64,000 bases of DNA, from contig NCBJ01000001.1 in the NCBI GenBank assembly GCA_002255585.1, positions 49,987 to 113,986 of the forward strand, in the 5' to 3' direction. The notes under the pieces were generated by a model. It did not search any database, was not told the DNA's origin, and saw nothing but the letters and a program-made list of their open reading frames with translations. The position numbers were made by a program, and so were the translations under genes. This stretch comes from Parcubacteria group bacterium 21-54-25. GTDB taxonomy: Bacteria > Patescibacteriota > Minisyncoccia > Phycocordibacterales > Phycocordibacteraceae. Positions 1 to 9,105 of this stretch are shown here, piece by piece (position 1 is the stretch's first letter; each line of letters opens with the position of its first letter).

Positions 1-362
1 TCTGGATCAAGCGCATGCTCGGCGTCAACAAAGGCACACACACCACCTTTCTTTTGCGCCTCGGCAAGCGCGTGAAGTGCGAGCGTGGTCTTGCCGCTTG
101 ACTCAGGACCAAAAATCTCAATGATACGTCCGCGCGGCAGACCGCCGATACCAAGCGCATAGTCCAGACCAATGGATCCGGTCGGGATTGAGGGAATCGC
201 CTCGGGTTTCCGGGTACCGAACGTCATGATAGCTTCATCGCCAAACTTCGTGCGAATCTCTTTGAGCGCCAAGTCGATAGATTTTTGTTTATCGTCACGG
301 GTGGTTGCCGCGGCGCCCGTCGTCTTCAGTTCTTTATTTTTTACTGATTTTTTAATAGGCAT
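1..362 (-). CDS. recA: Recombinase RecA, N-terminal part (gene continues beyond the window start)
   Basis: Reverse-strand translation starts [13 protein letters not shown]...[14 protein letters not shown]...[62 protein letters not shown]. This carries the canonical RecA N-terminus and Walker A motif GPESSGKT. The ATG is at 360-362. Confidence 0.9.
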   Translation of the reverse strand, partial: MPIKKSVKNKELKTTGAAATTRDDKQKSIDLALKEIRTKFGDEAIMTFGTRKPEAIPSIPTGSIGLDYALGIGGLPRGRIIEIFGPESSGKTTLALHALAEAQKKGGVCAFVDAEHALDP

Positions 363-380
363 ATAGGTAGGGTACGTAAA

Positions 381-710
381 TTAGCGAGCAAAAATTGTCC
401 GAGACTTGGTCACGGTATGGCCGAACCGGTCCGCCGCCCGTAACGTTAGTATAGACCCTCCACGGGGGAGGACGAGTGTTTCTGAAAATGAACCGTTTTT
501 GTCTGGCAGGATAGTTTTACCATCAATCGAAAAGGCGACTACCCGCGCGACGTGACCAGTCACGGCGACAAAACCATCTGCGGTCGTAGTGCCGTTTTGC
601 GGGGAGTCTATAACGAGCTCGGGACCAACAAGAACCGCGTGGGTCTCAAACAATGTATAGCTGCCCGCGAGCGTGAGCAGGGCAATGAGTGCAGCGCGGA
701 AAAACGGCAT
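381..710 (-). CDS. Small secreted hypothetical protein (109 aa, N-terminal signal peptide)
   Basis: The ORF lies between recA and ftsK on the same strand. It has a hydrophobic N-terminus MPFFRAALIALLTLAGSYTLF and no recognisable domain. Confidence 0.45.
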   Translation of the reverse strand: MPFFRAALIALLTLAGSYTLFETHAVLVGPELVIDSPQNGTTTADGFVAVTGHVARVVAFSIDGKTILPDKNGSFSETLVLPRGGSILTLRAADRFGHTVTKSRTIFAR

Positions 711-715
711 ACTAC

Positions 716-2962
716 CTATGCGCTCTCCTCCTCCTCGTCCGGTTCGTCCACGCCAGCCGCCCCATCCTCGTCCTCGTCGGTCGCGGATGAAAGCACCTCA
801 CGTGGTCGCGAACCGTCAGCCGGACCGATGACGCCCCTTTCCTCAAGAAGGTCCATCAGCCGCGCTGCGCGCGAGTAGCCGATGCGAAGCTTCCGCTGTA
901 GGTACGATGTTGACGCGCGCCCGGCCTCCTCTACCGCCTGGCGCGCTTCGCTATAGAGATCATCGTCCACGTCGTCATCTTCACCGGAGAGAAGTATCGC
1001 ATCGTTTGGTTCTGTGTTTTGAGCACCATTCCCCGCGCCAAGGTTGAGTGAAGAAAGATCGCCAGCGTTGTGTCGTTTAATGTGCTGTACGACCTTTTTC
1101 ACCTCGCTCTCGCTGATATAGGCTGTCTGGATACGCACTGGTTTTTGCATATCGCTCGAAAGGTAGAGCATATCGCCAGCACCAAGAAGCGTCTCCGCGC
1201 CAGCGCCGTCGAGGATGGTGCGCGAGTCAATTTGCGAAGCGACTTGCAGTGCGAGCCGGGTGGGCACGTTCGCTTTAATAAGTCCGGTGATGACGTTTAC
1301 GGAAGGTCGCTGCGTCGAGAGAATGAGGTGAATACCAACCGCGCGACTCATCTGGGCAAGCCGCACGATAGCCGCCTCCAATTCGCGCGGATAGCTTTGC
1401 ATAATATCTGCGAGCTCGTCGATGACAACGACTATATAGGGCATAGCTTCCGGCGCATCCTCTTCATTTGTCTTGCGCGCCGGTTCTGTCACCGTGTGGT
1501 GATACGAGTCAATGTCGCGCACCTGTTCGGCTTCGAGAATGTTGTATCGCCGATCCATTTCCTTGGCGGCCCACTTAAGCGCAAGAATAGTTTTCTTCGG
1601 GTCGGTAATGACCGGTGTTAGCAGGTGCGGAATCCCATTGTAGAGAGTGAGCTCGACGCGCTTGGGATCAATCATGATGAAGCGGAGCTGGTTTGGCCCG
1701 TTCCTATAGAGGAGGGAAGTGACGAGTGAGTGTATCGCGACCGATTTTCCTGAGCCGGTCGCTCCGGCCACGAGCGCGTGCGGTGTTTTGGCAATGTTCA
1801 CGTAGTGTGGCGTACCGGTAATGTCGCGGCCGAGCGCCGCCAGCAGCGGTTTTTTGTTCGCGCTCCACTCAGCCGCGGTTAGGAGCCCGCCCAGGCCCAC
1901 GGTTGCCTTCGCTGCGTTTGGCACCTCGATACCCACGAGTGATTTCCCGGGGATAGGTGCCTCGATGCGCACGGGATGGGCGGCAAGGGCGAGTTCCAGG
2001 TTGTTCTGGAGCGATATAATTTTAGAAAGCCGCACCCCCTCCGCCGGTTTGAAGGCGTAGCGAGTGACGGTCGGGCCGACCGACACCTCGTCCATTTCGA
2101 CTGAAATGCCAAAGTTCTGAAATGTGCGCTTGATGATGTTCGCGTTCGCCTTAATGTCGCCAACACCCGGCTTGCCCTTGTCTTCGCCGAGTAGCGAAAC
2201 GGGGGGCGCCGCATATTCTTCGTCAAAGTTTGTGATGAGTCCTGTCGGTGCCACTACCTCGCTGCCATGCATCTTGTTGAAGATTGTGACCGTCGGTTCG
2301 CGTTCGGGGTGGACTCTCTCCGCTTCCTCGTCCTCTTCCGCATCATCTTCTTCCTCTTCGTCTTCCACCTCATCCTCCTCCAATTCCTCCTCCTCGGGCT
2401 CGTCCGAACGGTCTTCTTCTGCGTGGCGCCAGATTGAAGGTCGTATGTTTCGGAGGGACCCTATGGTACGGACGAAAAAATTACCCATCGCATCAAGGAC
2501 AATTTCAATATCAGTCAGTACGACGAGAGCGATGAGTGCAAGAGCGAGCAGTAGCACGAGTGCTCCCCAAAAACCAAAAAATCCTTCCAGCACGTGCCCT
2601 ACGTACGCTCCGGTGGTACCGCCCCAGGTGGCGGCAGGGAACAGGCCGGCAAAAGAAAGCACCGCCGCAAGAAGCAGGGTGACTCCGCCCGCAGAAATTG
2701 GCGCAATCGTCGGTCTTCGGATACCAACATAGAGGCCAAGCGTAATGATGCCAATCGGCAATAAGAACGCCCCGACCCCTACTGCTGCGTATGAGAGCGT
2801 GAACGCTGCCCTGCCAAACGGACCGGCGGCACCAAACGCACCAAGCACAAGCAGGGCACCGGCAGCGATGAGCACAATCGCAGACGCCCACCGAATCACG
2901 TCCTCGTACGCTTTTACCGCACGCATCTTCGACAATCTTTTCTTTCGAGCCATTATGTCCAT
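716..2962 (-). CDS. ftsK: DNA translocase FtsK/SpoIIIE
   Basis: N-terminal TM helices are followed by an acidic linker (EEEELEEDEVEDEEEEDDAEEDEE) and a motor domain with Walker A GATGSGKSV. The C-terminal gamma winged-helix reads YLQRKLRIGYSRAARLMDLLEERGVIGP. The likely start is MDIMARKK at 2962; the listed ORF extends to 3067. Confidence 0.85.
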   Translation of the reverse strand: MDIMARKKRLSKMRAVKAYEDVIRWASAIVLIAAGALLVLGAFGAAGPFGRAAFTLSYAAVGVGAFLLPIGIITLGLYVGIRRPTIAPISAGGVTLLLAAVLSFAGLFPAATWGGTTGAYVGHVLEGFFGFWGALVLLLALALIALVVLTDIEIVLDAMGNFFVRTIGSLRNIRPSIWRHAEEDRSDEPEEEELEEDEVEDEEEEDDAEEDEEAERVHPEREPTVTIFNKMHGSEVVAPTGLITNFDEEYAAPPVSLLGEDKGKPGVGDIKANANIIKRTFQNFGISVEMDEVSVGPTVTRYAFKPAEGVRLSKIISLQNNLELALAAHPVRIEAPIPGKSLVGIEVPNAAKATVGLGGLLTAAEWSANKKPLLAALGRDITGTPHYVNIAKTPHALVAGATGSGKSVAIHSLVTSLLYRNGPNQLRFIMIDPKRVELTLYNGIPHLLTPVITDPKKTILALKWAAKEMDRRYNILEAEQVRDIDSYHHTVTEPARKTNEEDAPEAMPYIVVVIDELADIMQSYPRELEAAIVRLAQMSRAVGIHLILSTQRPSVNVITGLIKANVPTRLALQVASQIDSRTILDGAGAETLLGAGDMLYLSSDMQKPVRIQTAYISESEVKKVVQHIKRHNAGDLSSLNLGAGNGAQNTEPNDAILLSGEDDDVDDDLYSEARQAVEEAGRASTSYLQRKLRIGYSRAARLMDLLEERGVIGPADGSRPREVLSSATDEDEDGAAGVDEPDEEEESA

Positions 2963-3039
2963 ATTGTAGCACCGCTTTTGATACCTGTACGCATTTCTAC
3001 GCCCGCCTATCCGCGCGCCATCGCATCCAGAGGAATGCC

Positions 3040-3882
3040 TTGCACAAGACAGCTCAAGGACATACAATAGACAGTATCGAAGTCTCTAAGACACGTATGC
3101 TATCTAAAGGACAATCACACGACCATGCTGGAACGTCCTTGAAAATCACTATTAGCGATAATGGCGATTTCGTCTTAGAAAAAAGCATATTCTCGAATAT
3201 ATTTGATAGAGACATAAAACGTGTATTCATATATAAAAAAGCTGAACGCCTCGCAAAAGCAATTCACCTCATCACACCAGCCTTCCATAACGCCCCCTCG
3301 CTACGTGACCGCATAGACACAATTGCTATAGGGCTTGTAGATGCCGCCATACTTTCGCCTGCCGCCGCGCGCGATGCGCTCTCGCGTGAACTCCTCGCGC
3401 TTTCGAGCGTGCTCTCGATTGCACGCACGAGCAGCATGCTTTCCGCGATGAACTCAGAGCTCATTTCTCGGGAAGCGCATCTGCTTCTGCAGGAAGTTGC
3501 CGCATACGAAGAGCCGCGTCTTTTTCTTGATGATGTGCCGTCACTCTCCGAACTTTCAAAAGCGGCGCCAAGCGCCCAGATGCTGCGCACGTCATCAAAG
3601 ACATCTGGTGCGTCCGAGCAGCGTGTTTCGAAAGCTCCCGCTGCTGTTCATAAAGGACACACACATATAAAGGACAATGACGCAAAGAACTCTCGACGTG
3701 ACGCGATCGTTTCTATCATCCGCACCAAAGGCAGCGCATACATAAAAGATATATCCACTGTTATAAGGAACGTAAGCGAAAAAACCATTCAACGCGAGCT
3801 CGCGGCGCTTGTTTTAGAAGGCGTGCTCACCAAACAAGGAGAGCGTCGGTGGACCTCCTATACCATCACCTCCTCCATCTAA
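3040..3882 (+). CDS. Hypothetical protein with C-terminal winged-HTH-like domain
   Basis: 280-aa ORF divergent from ftsK. The C-terminal segment RRDAIVSIIRTKGSAYIKDISTVIRNVSEKTIQRELAALVLEGVLTKQGERRWTSY resembles a wHTH DNA-binding domain. The true start is uncertain. Confidence 0.4.
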   Translation: MHKTAQGHTIDSIEVSKTRMLSKGQSHDHAGTSLKITISDNGDFVLEKSIFSNIFDRDIKRVFIYKKAERLAKAIHLITPAFHNAPSLRDRIDTIAIGLVDAAILSPAAARDALSRELLALSSVLSIARTSSMLSAMNSELISREAHLLLQEVAAYEEPRLFLDDVPSLSELSKAAPSAQMLRTSSKTSGASEQRVSKAPAAVHKGHTHIKDNDAKNSRRDAIVSIIRTKGSAYIKDISTVIRNVSEKTIQRELAALVLEGVLTKQGERRWTSYTITSSI

Positions 3883-4520
3883 CCTTAACCCAACACAAAC
3901 AAATAGTACCTATATATAATATCAATCTATAACACAACACAAAAATCCATTTTGTCTTATTTGACCGCATGTTCCACCTTCTGTAATATAGCCACCGTGG
4001 TGACGTCTATAGGTATAGAGGAACACCGGGGCCGCTCGCGGCCATTTTGGCGTTCCCCTGCATAACCCGTTATCCACACAGTACGCCGCTTGTGCAACTT
4101 CGAAATAAACCAGTACTCCGCTATACTAAAGCACAGTCCTAAGCGGGGTATGGGGCGTTTCTTTCCGCAGGGGGCAAGGTCTTTGATAATTGAATAGAGC
4201 AACTTGACCAGTTGCAGGCGCGCAGGCGCGATGTACACCGTCGCGGGTTTCCCTGTTGCCACGCGCGCTTTCACTAACAGGATTCGGTACGGATGCACAC
4301 TCGACTATGACGGATGCACGAAACGCACGACACCTTTCTCTTGCCAGCTAGCCCATGGGAGGCAGGTCGATACCGCCCTCTGTGGGATAGTGATTGGAAA
4401 CAACACATGAAACCGATCGCTCACACGATCAAATTACCAGGTGAACCAACTGCACACTCGTCCGCCACCATTACTTATTCGGTGGACGAATGCGCAGTCT
4501 AGAAAACTTAACAATCAAAC

Positions 4521-7500
4521 ATGCAACATTCAGTAACCAACAATGCGTTTGCGAAAATCGCCGCAGTGGTTGCCGGTCTTGCCATGGCAGCTTCGATGGT
4601 GTTTGTCGCTGTGCCTACCGCACACGCGCAGACAACCTCGCAGCTCCAGGCTCAGATCGCATCACTCTTGGCGCAGATCCAATCGCTCCAAACACAGCTC
4701 AATACTGTGCAAGGCGGTTCAACAACAACCACCACCAGTTCTGCAGGCGGCGCTTGCACCTTCACGATGAGTCTCACGCTGAAGAGCAAGGGCGCAGATG
4801 TTACCTGCCTCCAGAACTACCTGACGAAGGGCGGTTACTTCACCTATTCAGGTGGCGCAACTGGCTACTTCGGCCCGATCACCCAAAAGGCGGTCGCCGC
4901 ATGGCAGGCAGCCAACGGTGTCGCTCCGGCAGTCGGCTACTTCGGTCCGATCTCTCGCGCTAAGTACGCAGAGCTGACGGCAGGACAGACGACCACCACG
5001 ACCACCACAGGCGGCACGACCACGACCACCACAGGCGGCACGACAGGCGGCACCACGCCGACCGGCAACGGCCTCCAGGTCTCGCTCGCGCCGACCTCGC
5101 CAAACGGCACCGTGCTTGTCGCAGGTCAGGGCATCGGTGATCTCGGAGAGTTCCTCTTCACGAACCCGACCTCGGCCCCGATCACGGTAACGAATCTTTC
5201 GTTCCAGCGCATCGGCGTCTCAAACGACTCGACACTAGTGAATGTGTACCTCTACAACGGAGCAACACGCATCACTGACTCGGCGGGCGTGAGCAACTCG
5301 ACGTTCTCGTATGCTAACGCAGGCGGTATCTTCACGGTTCCGGCAGGCGGCACCTACACGGTGGCTGTCCGCTCGGACATCGAGAAGAGTATCTCCGGTC
5401 AGCAAATTGGCGTCGCGCTCACTTCGGTTGGTTCGACAGGCACGCTTGACTCAAGCGTCTCGTTCCCAATCAACGGCGGCCTCCAGGCCATCTCGACTGC
5501 GAACATCGCGTCGGTTGACTTCAACACGAACACTATCCCGAGCGCCGCAACGAGCATTAGTCCGCAGAGCGACTACCCGGTCTGGCAGAACACGGTTTCC
5601 GTGTCCACCAACCCGGTGAAGCTCTCGTCAATGACCTTCACGAACCTCGGTTCGGCTGATGCGTCAGCGATCACGAACTTGCGTCTCTACGTTGACGGCA
5701 CGCAGGTCGGCTCAACGGTTCCGCAAATGAGCACGAACCGCACGGTGACCTTCGACCTCTCGGCCAGTCCGTACTTGCTCTCTGAGCAAAGCCATGTGAT
5801 TAAGGTCTTGGCCGACATCGGCGGCGCAGCTTCGAGCCGCACCGTTCAGTTCTCAGTGCAGCGCTCATCTGACGCAACGTTCATCGACAGCGAGCTTAAT
5901 CAGCCGGTTACCCCGACGATTAACACCCAGAACTTCTCGTCAGTTAGCACGGGCGTAATCAGCATTCAGTCAACCGGCTCTACGGGTGTCTCGGTAACGA
6001 AAGACCCGACCTCGGCAAGCAACAACATTCCGGTAGGCGCGACCAGCGTAAGCCTCGCGACCTTCGGTATGCTCGCCTCGGGTGAGCCGACGTATGTGCG
6101 CGATCTCTACGTCTGTTCGAACACCACGGCTTCGAGCACCGCGACTTATGGCGGTTTGAAGAACGGCAAGATCATGGTTAATGGTGTGCAGGTAGGATCG
6201 ACAAAAGACATTGTCGATTGTAGCAATGGGAGCACCGACTTCACGATCGGCTCCTCGCTCACCCTTCCGGCTAACCAGACCACGCTTGTCTCGGTCTACG
6301 CTGATGCAAAGAACACAAGCTCAGTGAACCTTCCTAACGCCTCTACCGTATCGGTTACCTTGGTAGCAGGCACCAGCAACGGACAGGGTCAGTACTCCCT
6401 CACGTCGGCAAACATTCCGTCAAGTAACATTACGGGCAACACGTTGACGGTGACCACGTCGTCGCTTACAGCGAACATGGCCACGGGATACGCTAACCAG
6501 GCCGTTACTCCGGGCACAAACAACTTCAAGATTGGTCAGTTTGTGCTTCAGGCCGGCTCGACAGAGGGTCTCAACGTTAACTCGATTGGCATCACTCTGA
6601 CAGGTAATGACGGCACACCGCTTCAGAACCTGAAGTTGGTGAACGACGCGACCGGTCAGCAGCTTGGCACGGTTGTTACTTCGCCAGGCGCTCCGAGCAA
6701 CTCGCCGTCGAACACGTTCTCGACGAATCTCACGATCCCGGTCTCTTCATCGGTGACGATTGACGTCTACGCAGATGTACCGTCGAACACGGCAAACGGC
6801 AAGACCATCACCCCACAGGTTGGCTACGCGGCGACAAACGCGACAGGCCTCACCACGGGCACGACCGCAACCATCGGATCGTCTAACGTACCACTGCAGA
6901 CCATCACGACGGGCAGCGGTTTGCTCACGGTCTCGCTTGGTGCGTCAAACCCGATTGCTACGAACATTGTCGCTGGCACGTCGGGTAACGAGATTGCTGA
7001 CTACACCTTCTCGGCGAACACCTCGTCGTACACGGTGAGCCAGCTTGAGTTCTCAATGCCAGCGGCATCGTCCACGGCAGTGAGCGGCATTGCAGTCTCG
7101 TACCCTGGCTCAAATGGCGTGACCTCGTACGTTCCGCTCGTGACCAACGGCGCGACCTCGACAGCCCGCCTCACCGGACTCAACTTCACGATTCCGGCGA
7201 ACAGCTCGGCTGACATTCAGGTCTTTGCCGCGACGCCGATCATTACCACGGGTTCCGCGACGATCTCCGGAACGAAGATCGCGCTCACGCTCGTTGGTAC
7301 GGACGGCACGAATGTGCAGGTCACGGACGGCGCAGGCAACCTGGTGTACTCGGTTAACGGCGGCGTAAACTTGAAGTCAAACACTTCAAGCTACGGCTTT
7401 GGTGTGCTGCGCGCATCTGCACCGACCTTTGCCGGCCAGAGCTACAGTTCGCAGAATCCACCGAACGGGGGCACCGTGCTCTACCAGTTCAGTGTCGCGG

Positions 7501-7943
7501 CTGACCCCAAGGGTGCAATTGACTTGAACAAGATCTCGTTCAACGTCAGCACGTCCTCGCTCACCGTAAAGAACTTCCAGCTCTACGACCAGTCGAACGC
7601 TTCTATTCCGTTGAACGCCGCTGGCGCAAATGCGAATGCAAGCGGGCTCGTCTCGATCGTGCCTGACCAGATTATCCAGGTTGGCGCAGGGAGCACGAAG
7701 ACCTTCATCTTGAAGGCGGCGTCCCCAACGAATATCGGGGTCACGACTGGCTCAAGAAGTCTCTCGGTAAACCTCGCTCCGGCAGACACGACGCTTGTAG
7801 CGAACACCGCAGCAGCGTCAGTCTCAGGCAACTATGTCTGGTCAGATCGCACAGCAAACAACGATTCGCCCACTGCAGCTCAGTGGACGAACGGCTTCTT
7901 GCTTCGCGACCTGGTGAGCGGCACCTACAGCTTCAACTGGTAA
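4521..7943 (+). CDS. Giant secreted/surface protein (1140 aa) with signal peptide, coiled-coil, peptidoglycan-binding-like domain and a Thr/Ser/Gly-rich region
   Basis: Signal peptide MQHSV...AMAASMVFVAVPTAHAQ. Coiled-coil QLQAQIASLLAQIQSLQTQLNTVQ. Peptidoglycan-binding-like segment LQNYLTKGGYFTYSGGATGYFGPITQKAVAAWQAANGV. Tandem Thr/Gly tracts, then a long Ser/Thr/Asn-rich beta-rich region. Confidence 0.7.
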   Translation: MQHSVTNNAFAKIAAVVAGLAMAASMVFVAVPTAHAQTTSQLQAQIASLLAQIQSLQTQLNTVQGGSTTTTTSSAGGACTFTMSLTLKSKGADVTCLQNYLTKGGYFTYSGGATGYFGPITQKAVAAWQAANGVAPAVGYFGPISRAKYAELTAGQTTTTTTTGGTTTTTTGGTTGGTTPTGNGLQVSLAPTSPNGTVLVAGQGIGDLGEFLFTNPTSAPITVTNLSFQRIGVSNDSTLVNVYLYNGATRITDSAGVSNSTFSYANAGGIFTVPAGGTYTVAVRSDIEKSISGQQIGVALTSVGSTGTLDSSVSFPINGGLQAISTANIASVDFNTNTIPSAATSISPQSDYPVWQNTVSVSTNPVKLSSMTFTNLGSADASAITNLRLYVDGTQVGSTVPQMSTNRTVTFDLSASPYLLSEQSHVIKVLADIGGAASSRTVQFSVQRSSDATFIDSELNQPVTPTINTQNFSSVSTGVISIQSTGSTGVSVTKDPTSASNNIPVGATSVSLATFGMLASGEPTYVRDLYVCSNTTASSTATYGGLKNGKIMVNGVQVGSTKDIVDCSNGSTDFTIGSSLTLPANQTTLVSVYADAKNTSSVNLPNASTVSVTLVAGTSNGQGQYSLTSANIPSSNITGNTLTVTTSSLTANMATGYANQAVTPGTNNFKIGQFVLQAGSTEGLNVNSIGITLTGNDGTPLQNLKLVNDATGQQLGTVVTSPGAPSNSPSNTFSTNLTIPVSSSVTIDVYADVPSNTANGKTITPQVGYAATNATGLTTGTTATIGSSNVPLQTITTGSGLLTVSLGASNPIATNIVAGTSGNEIADYTFSANTSSYTVSQLEFSMPAASSTAVSGIAVSYPGSNGVTSYVPLVTNGATSTARLTGLNFTIPANSSADIQVFAATPIITTGSATISGTKIALTLVGTDGTNVQVTDGAGNLVYSVNGGVNLKSNTSSYGFGVLRASAPTFAGQSYSSQNPPNGGTVLYQFSVAADPKGAIDLNKISFNVSTSSLTVKNFQLYDQSNASIPLNAAGANANASGLVSIVPDQIIQVGAGSTKTFILKAASPTNIGVTTGSRSLSVNLAPADTTLVANTAAASVSGNYVWSDRTANNDSPTAAQWTNGFLLRDLVSGTYSFNW

Positions 7944-7965
7944 TCTCTAACGAAGCTCTCCCTTT

Positions 7966-7986
7966 GAGTAAGGTTTAACCTTACTC
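7966..7986 (+). repeat. REP palindrome copy 1 (GAGTAAGGTTTAACCTTACTC, centre TTTAA)
   Basis: Perfect 21-nt inverted repeat. One of six near-identical copies in the window. Confidence 0.8.
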
Positions 7987-8020
7987 AAGGTGTCCAGCTA
8001 GGAAATTGGCCTAGCAAAAC

Positions 8021-8056
8021 AAAAAACCACCCTCTTTTGGGTGGTTTTTTGTTTTC
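8021..8056 (+). terminator. Rho-independent terminator downstream of the giant surface protein gene
   Basis: Stem AACCACCC / GGGTGGTT with loop TCTTTT, followed by a T-run and preceded by an A-tract. It is possibly bidirectional. Confidence 0.6.
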
Positions 8057-8063
8057 CAGCGTT

Positions 8064-8084
8064 GAGTAAGGTTAAACCTTACTC
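8064..8084 (-). repeat. REP palindrome copy 2 (centre TTAAA, inverse orientation)
   Basis: GAGTAAGGTTAAACCTTACTC. It is the reverse complement of copy 1 at the asymmetric centre. Confidence 0.8.
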
Positions 8085-8129
8085 AACGCTCAGTTTATGC
8101 ACCTCTTATCTTTGCCCTACGGACCAAGT

Positions 8130-8150
8130 GAGTAAGGTTTAACCTTACTC
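8130..8150 (+). repeat. REP palindrome copy 3 (centre TTTAA)
   Basis: GAGTAAGGTTTAACCTTACTC, 14 nt upstream of the RAYT start codon. Confidence 0.8.
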
Positions 8151-8163
8151 ACGGCATGCTAGA

Positions 8164-8883
8164 ATGTACGCAATGCGAGTAGAACCATACGGTGTTGGAT
8201 CCATTGTGCACATAACAAACAGGGGTGTGCGGGGGACAGATATCGTGCGCGATACGGCGGACAAAAGAAATTTTATGCGGTCACTTTTTTATTTGAATGA
8301 TACGTACACAAGCCGTAACTGGCGGCGTGAGATTGCTGATATCGGCATGTTTGAACGCCCGTCAGTATGGCCAGAGCGCGATCCTCTCGCCCGGATACTT
8401 GCCTGGACGCTTTTGGACAACCATTTCCATTTGCTCGCTCAAGAGATTCGAGAAGGGGGCGTAGCGAAGTTCATGCAACGTCTTTGCGGGAGCCTCGCGA
8501 TGAGTTTCAATCTGAAATATAGGGAAAAGGGGAGCATCTTCCAAAGTTCGTATCATGCGCGATCGGTTACCGAGGATAAACACCACCAGTATCTTGTGTT
8601 TTATGTTCTCGTTAAGAATGTTCTTGACCTGTACCCAGGCGGACTTACTGCAGCTGCGCTGAATTTTGATGACGCATGGGAATGGGCAAAACAGTACCCG
8701 TATTCAAGTTTTCGTGACAGTATCGCAGGCAAGGAATCGCCGGTTCTTGCCGACCCAGACATGCTTATTGCGAGTATTCTCGGTACCGGGGATGTTTACA
8801 AACAAGAAGCAAAGGATATGCTCGATTTCCACCTTGCCTCAAGAGGGGAAGCGTTCAAAGACATAATGCTTGAACCGTGGTGA
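8164..8883 (+). CDS. REP-associated tyrosine transposase (RAYT; IS200/IS605-family Y1 HUH transposase-like)
   Basis: HuH motif LLDNHFHLLAQ. The C-terminal block FQSSYHARSVTEDKHHQYLVFYVLVKNVL aligns to the RAYT/TnpA block [29 protein letters not shown] and carries a candidate catalytic Tyr. The N-terminus GSIVHITNRGVRGTDIVRDTADKRNFMRSLF matches the Y1 transposase N-terminal pattern. The ORF is flanked on both sides by the REP palindromes. Confidence 0.7.
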   Translation: MYAMRVEPYGVGSIVHITNRGVRGTDIVRDTADKRNFMRSLFYLNDTYTSRNWRREIADIGMFERPSVWPERDPLARILAWTLLDNHFHLLAQEIREGGVAKFMQRLCGSLAMSFNLKYREKGSIFQSSYHARSVTEDKHHQYLVFYVLVKNVLDLYPGGLTAAALNFDDAWEWAKQYPYSSFRDSIAGKESPVLADPDMLIASILGTGDVYKQEAKDMLDFHLASRGEAFKDIMLEPW

Positions 8884-8891
8884 TAAGCCGT

Positions 8892-8912
8892 GAGTAAGGT
8901 TAAACCTTACTC
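8892..8912 (-). repeat. REP palindrome copy 4 (centre TTAAA)
   Basis: GAGTAAGGTTAAACCTTACTC, 9 nt after the RAYT stop codon. Confidence 0.8.
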
Positions 8913-8955
8913 ACCGTCTTCATGGCTTCGCTCAGCACTTGGTCTGGAGTTTGTT

Positions 8956-8976
8956 GAGTGAGGTTTAACCTTACTC
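8956..8976 (+). repeat. REP palindrome copy 5 (one mismatch: GAGTGAGGTTTAACCTTACTC)
   Basis: Near-perfect copy with centre TTTAA. Confidence 0.7.
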
Positions 8977-9105
8977 ACGGCAGGGGCGTTGGCTATCCAC
9001 CGCGGTAAGAAAGAAGTGCCCCGCGCGTCTGGTATGCTTTGAGGGCAGGGCACCACGCCCGCACCCGCTATTGATTATTATTTACCCCAAAATTACACTT
9101 ACGTC

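Larger units (their letters stand above)
7966..8976 (+). mobile_element. REP/RAYT locus: RAYT gene bracketed by three upstream and two downstream REP copies in alternating orientation
   Basis: Defined by the arrangement of the REP copies around the HuH/Y1 transposase ORF. Confidence 0.6.

Noticed and set aside
1070-1621. 183-aa ORF on the + strand inside ftsK
   Set aside because: It lies entirely antisense within the well-supported ftsK gene. It is GC-rich antisense noise with no motif.
3957-4298. 113-aa minus-strand ORF in the 3883-4520 gap
   Set aside because: It has no RBS, no domain, odd composition and overlapping hairpins. The region is treated as non-coding.
4981-5060. Possible CRISPR-like repeats (short direct repeats ACCACCACAGGCGGCACGAC)
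   Set aside because: They lie in-frame within a coding Thr/Gly tract. There are only two units with no spacers of unique sequence and no cas genes.
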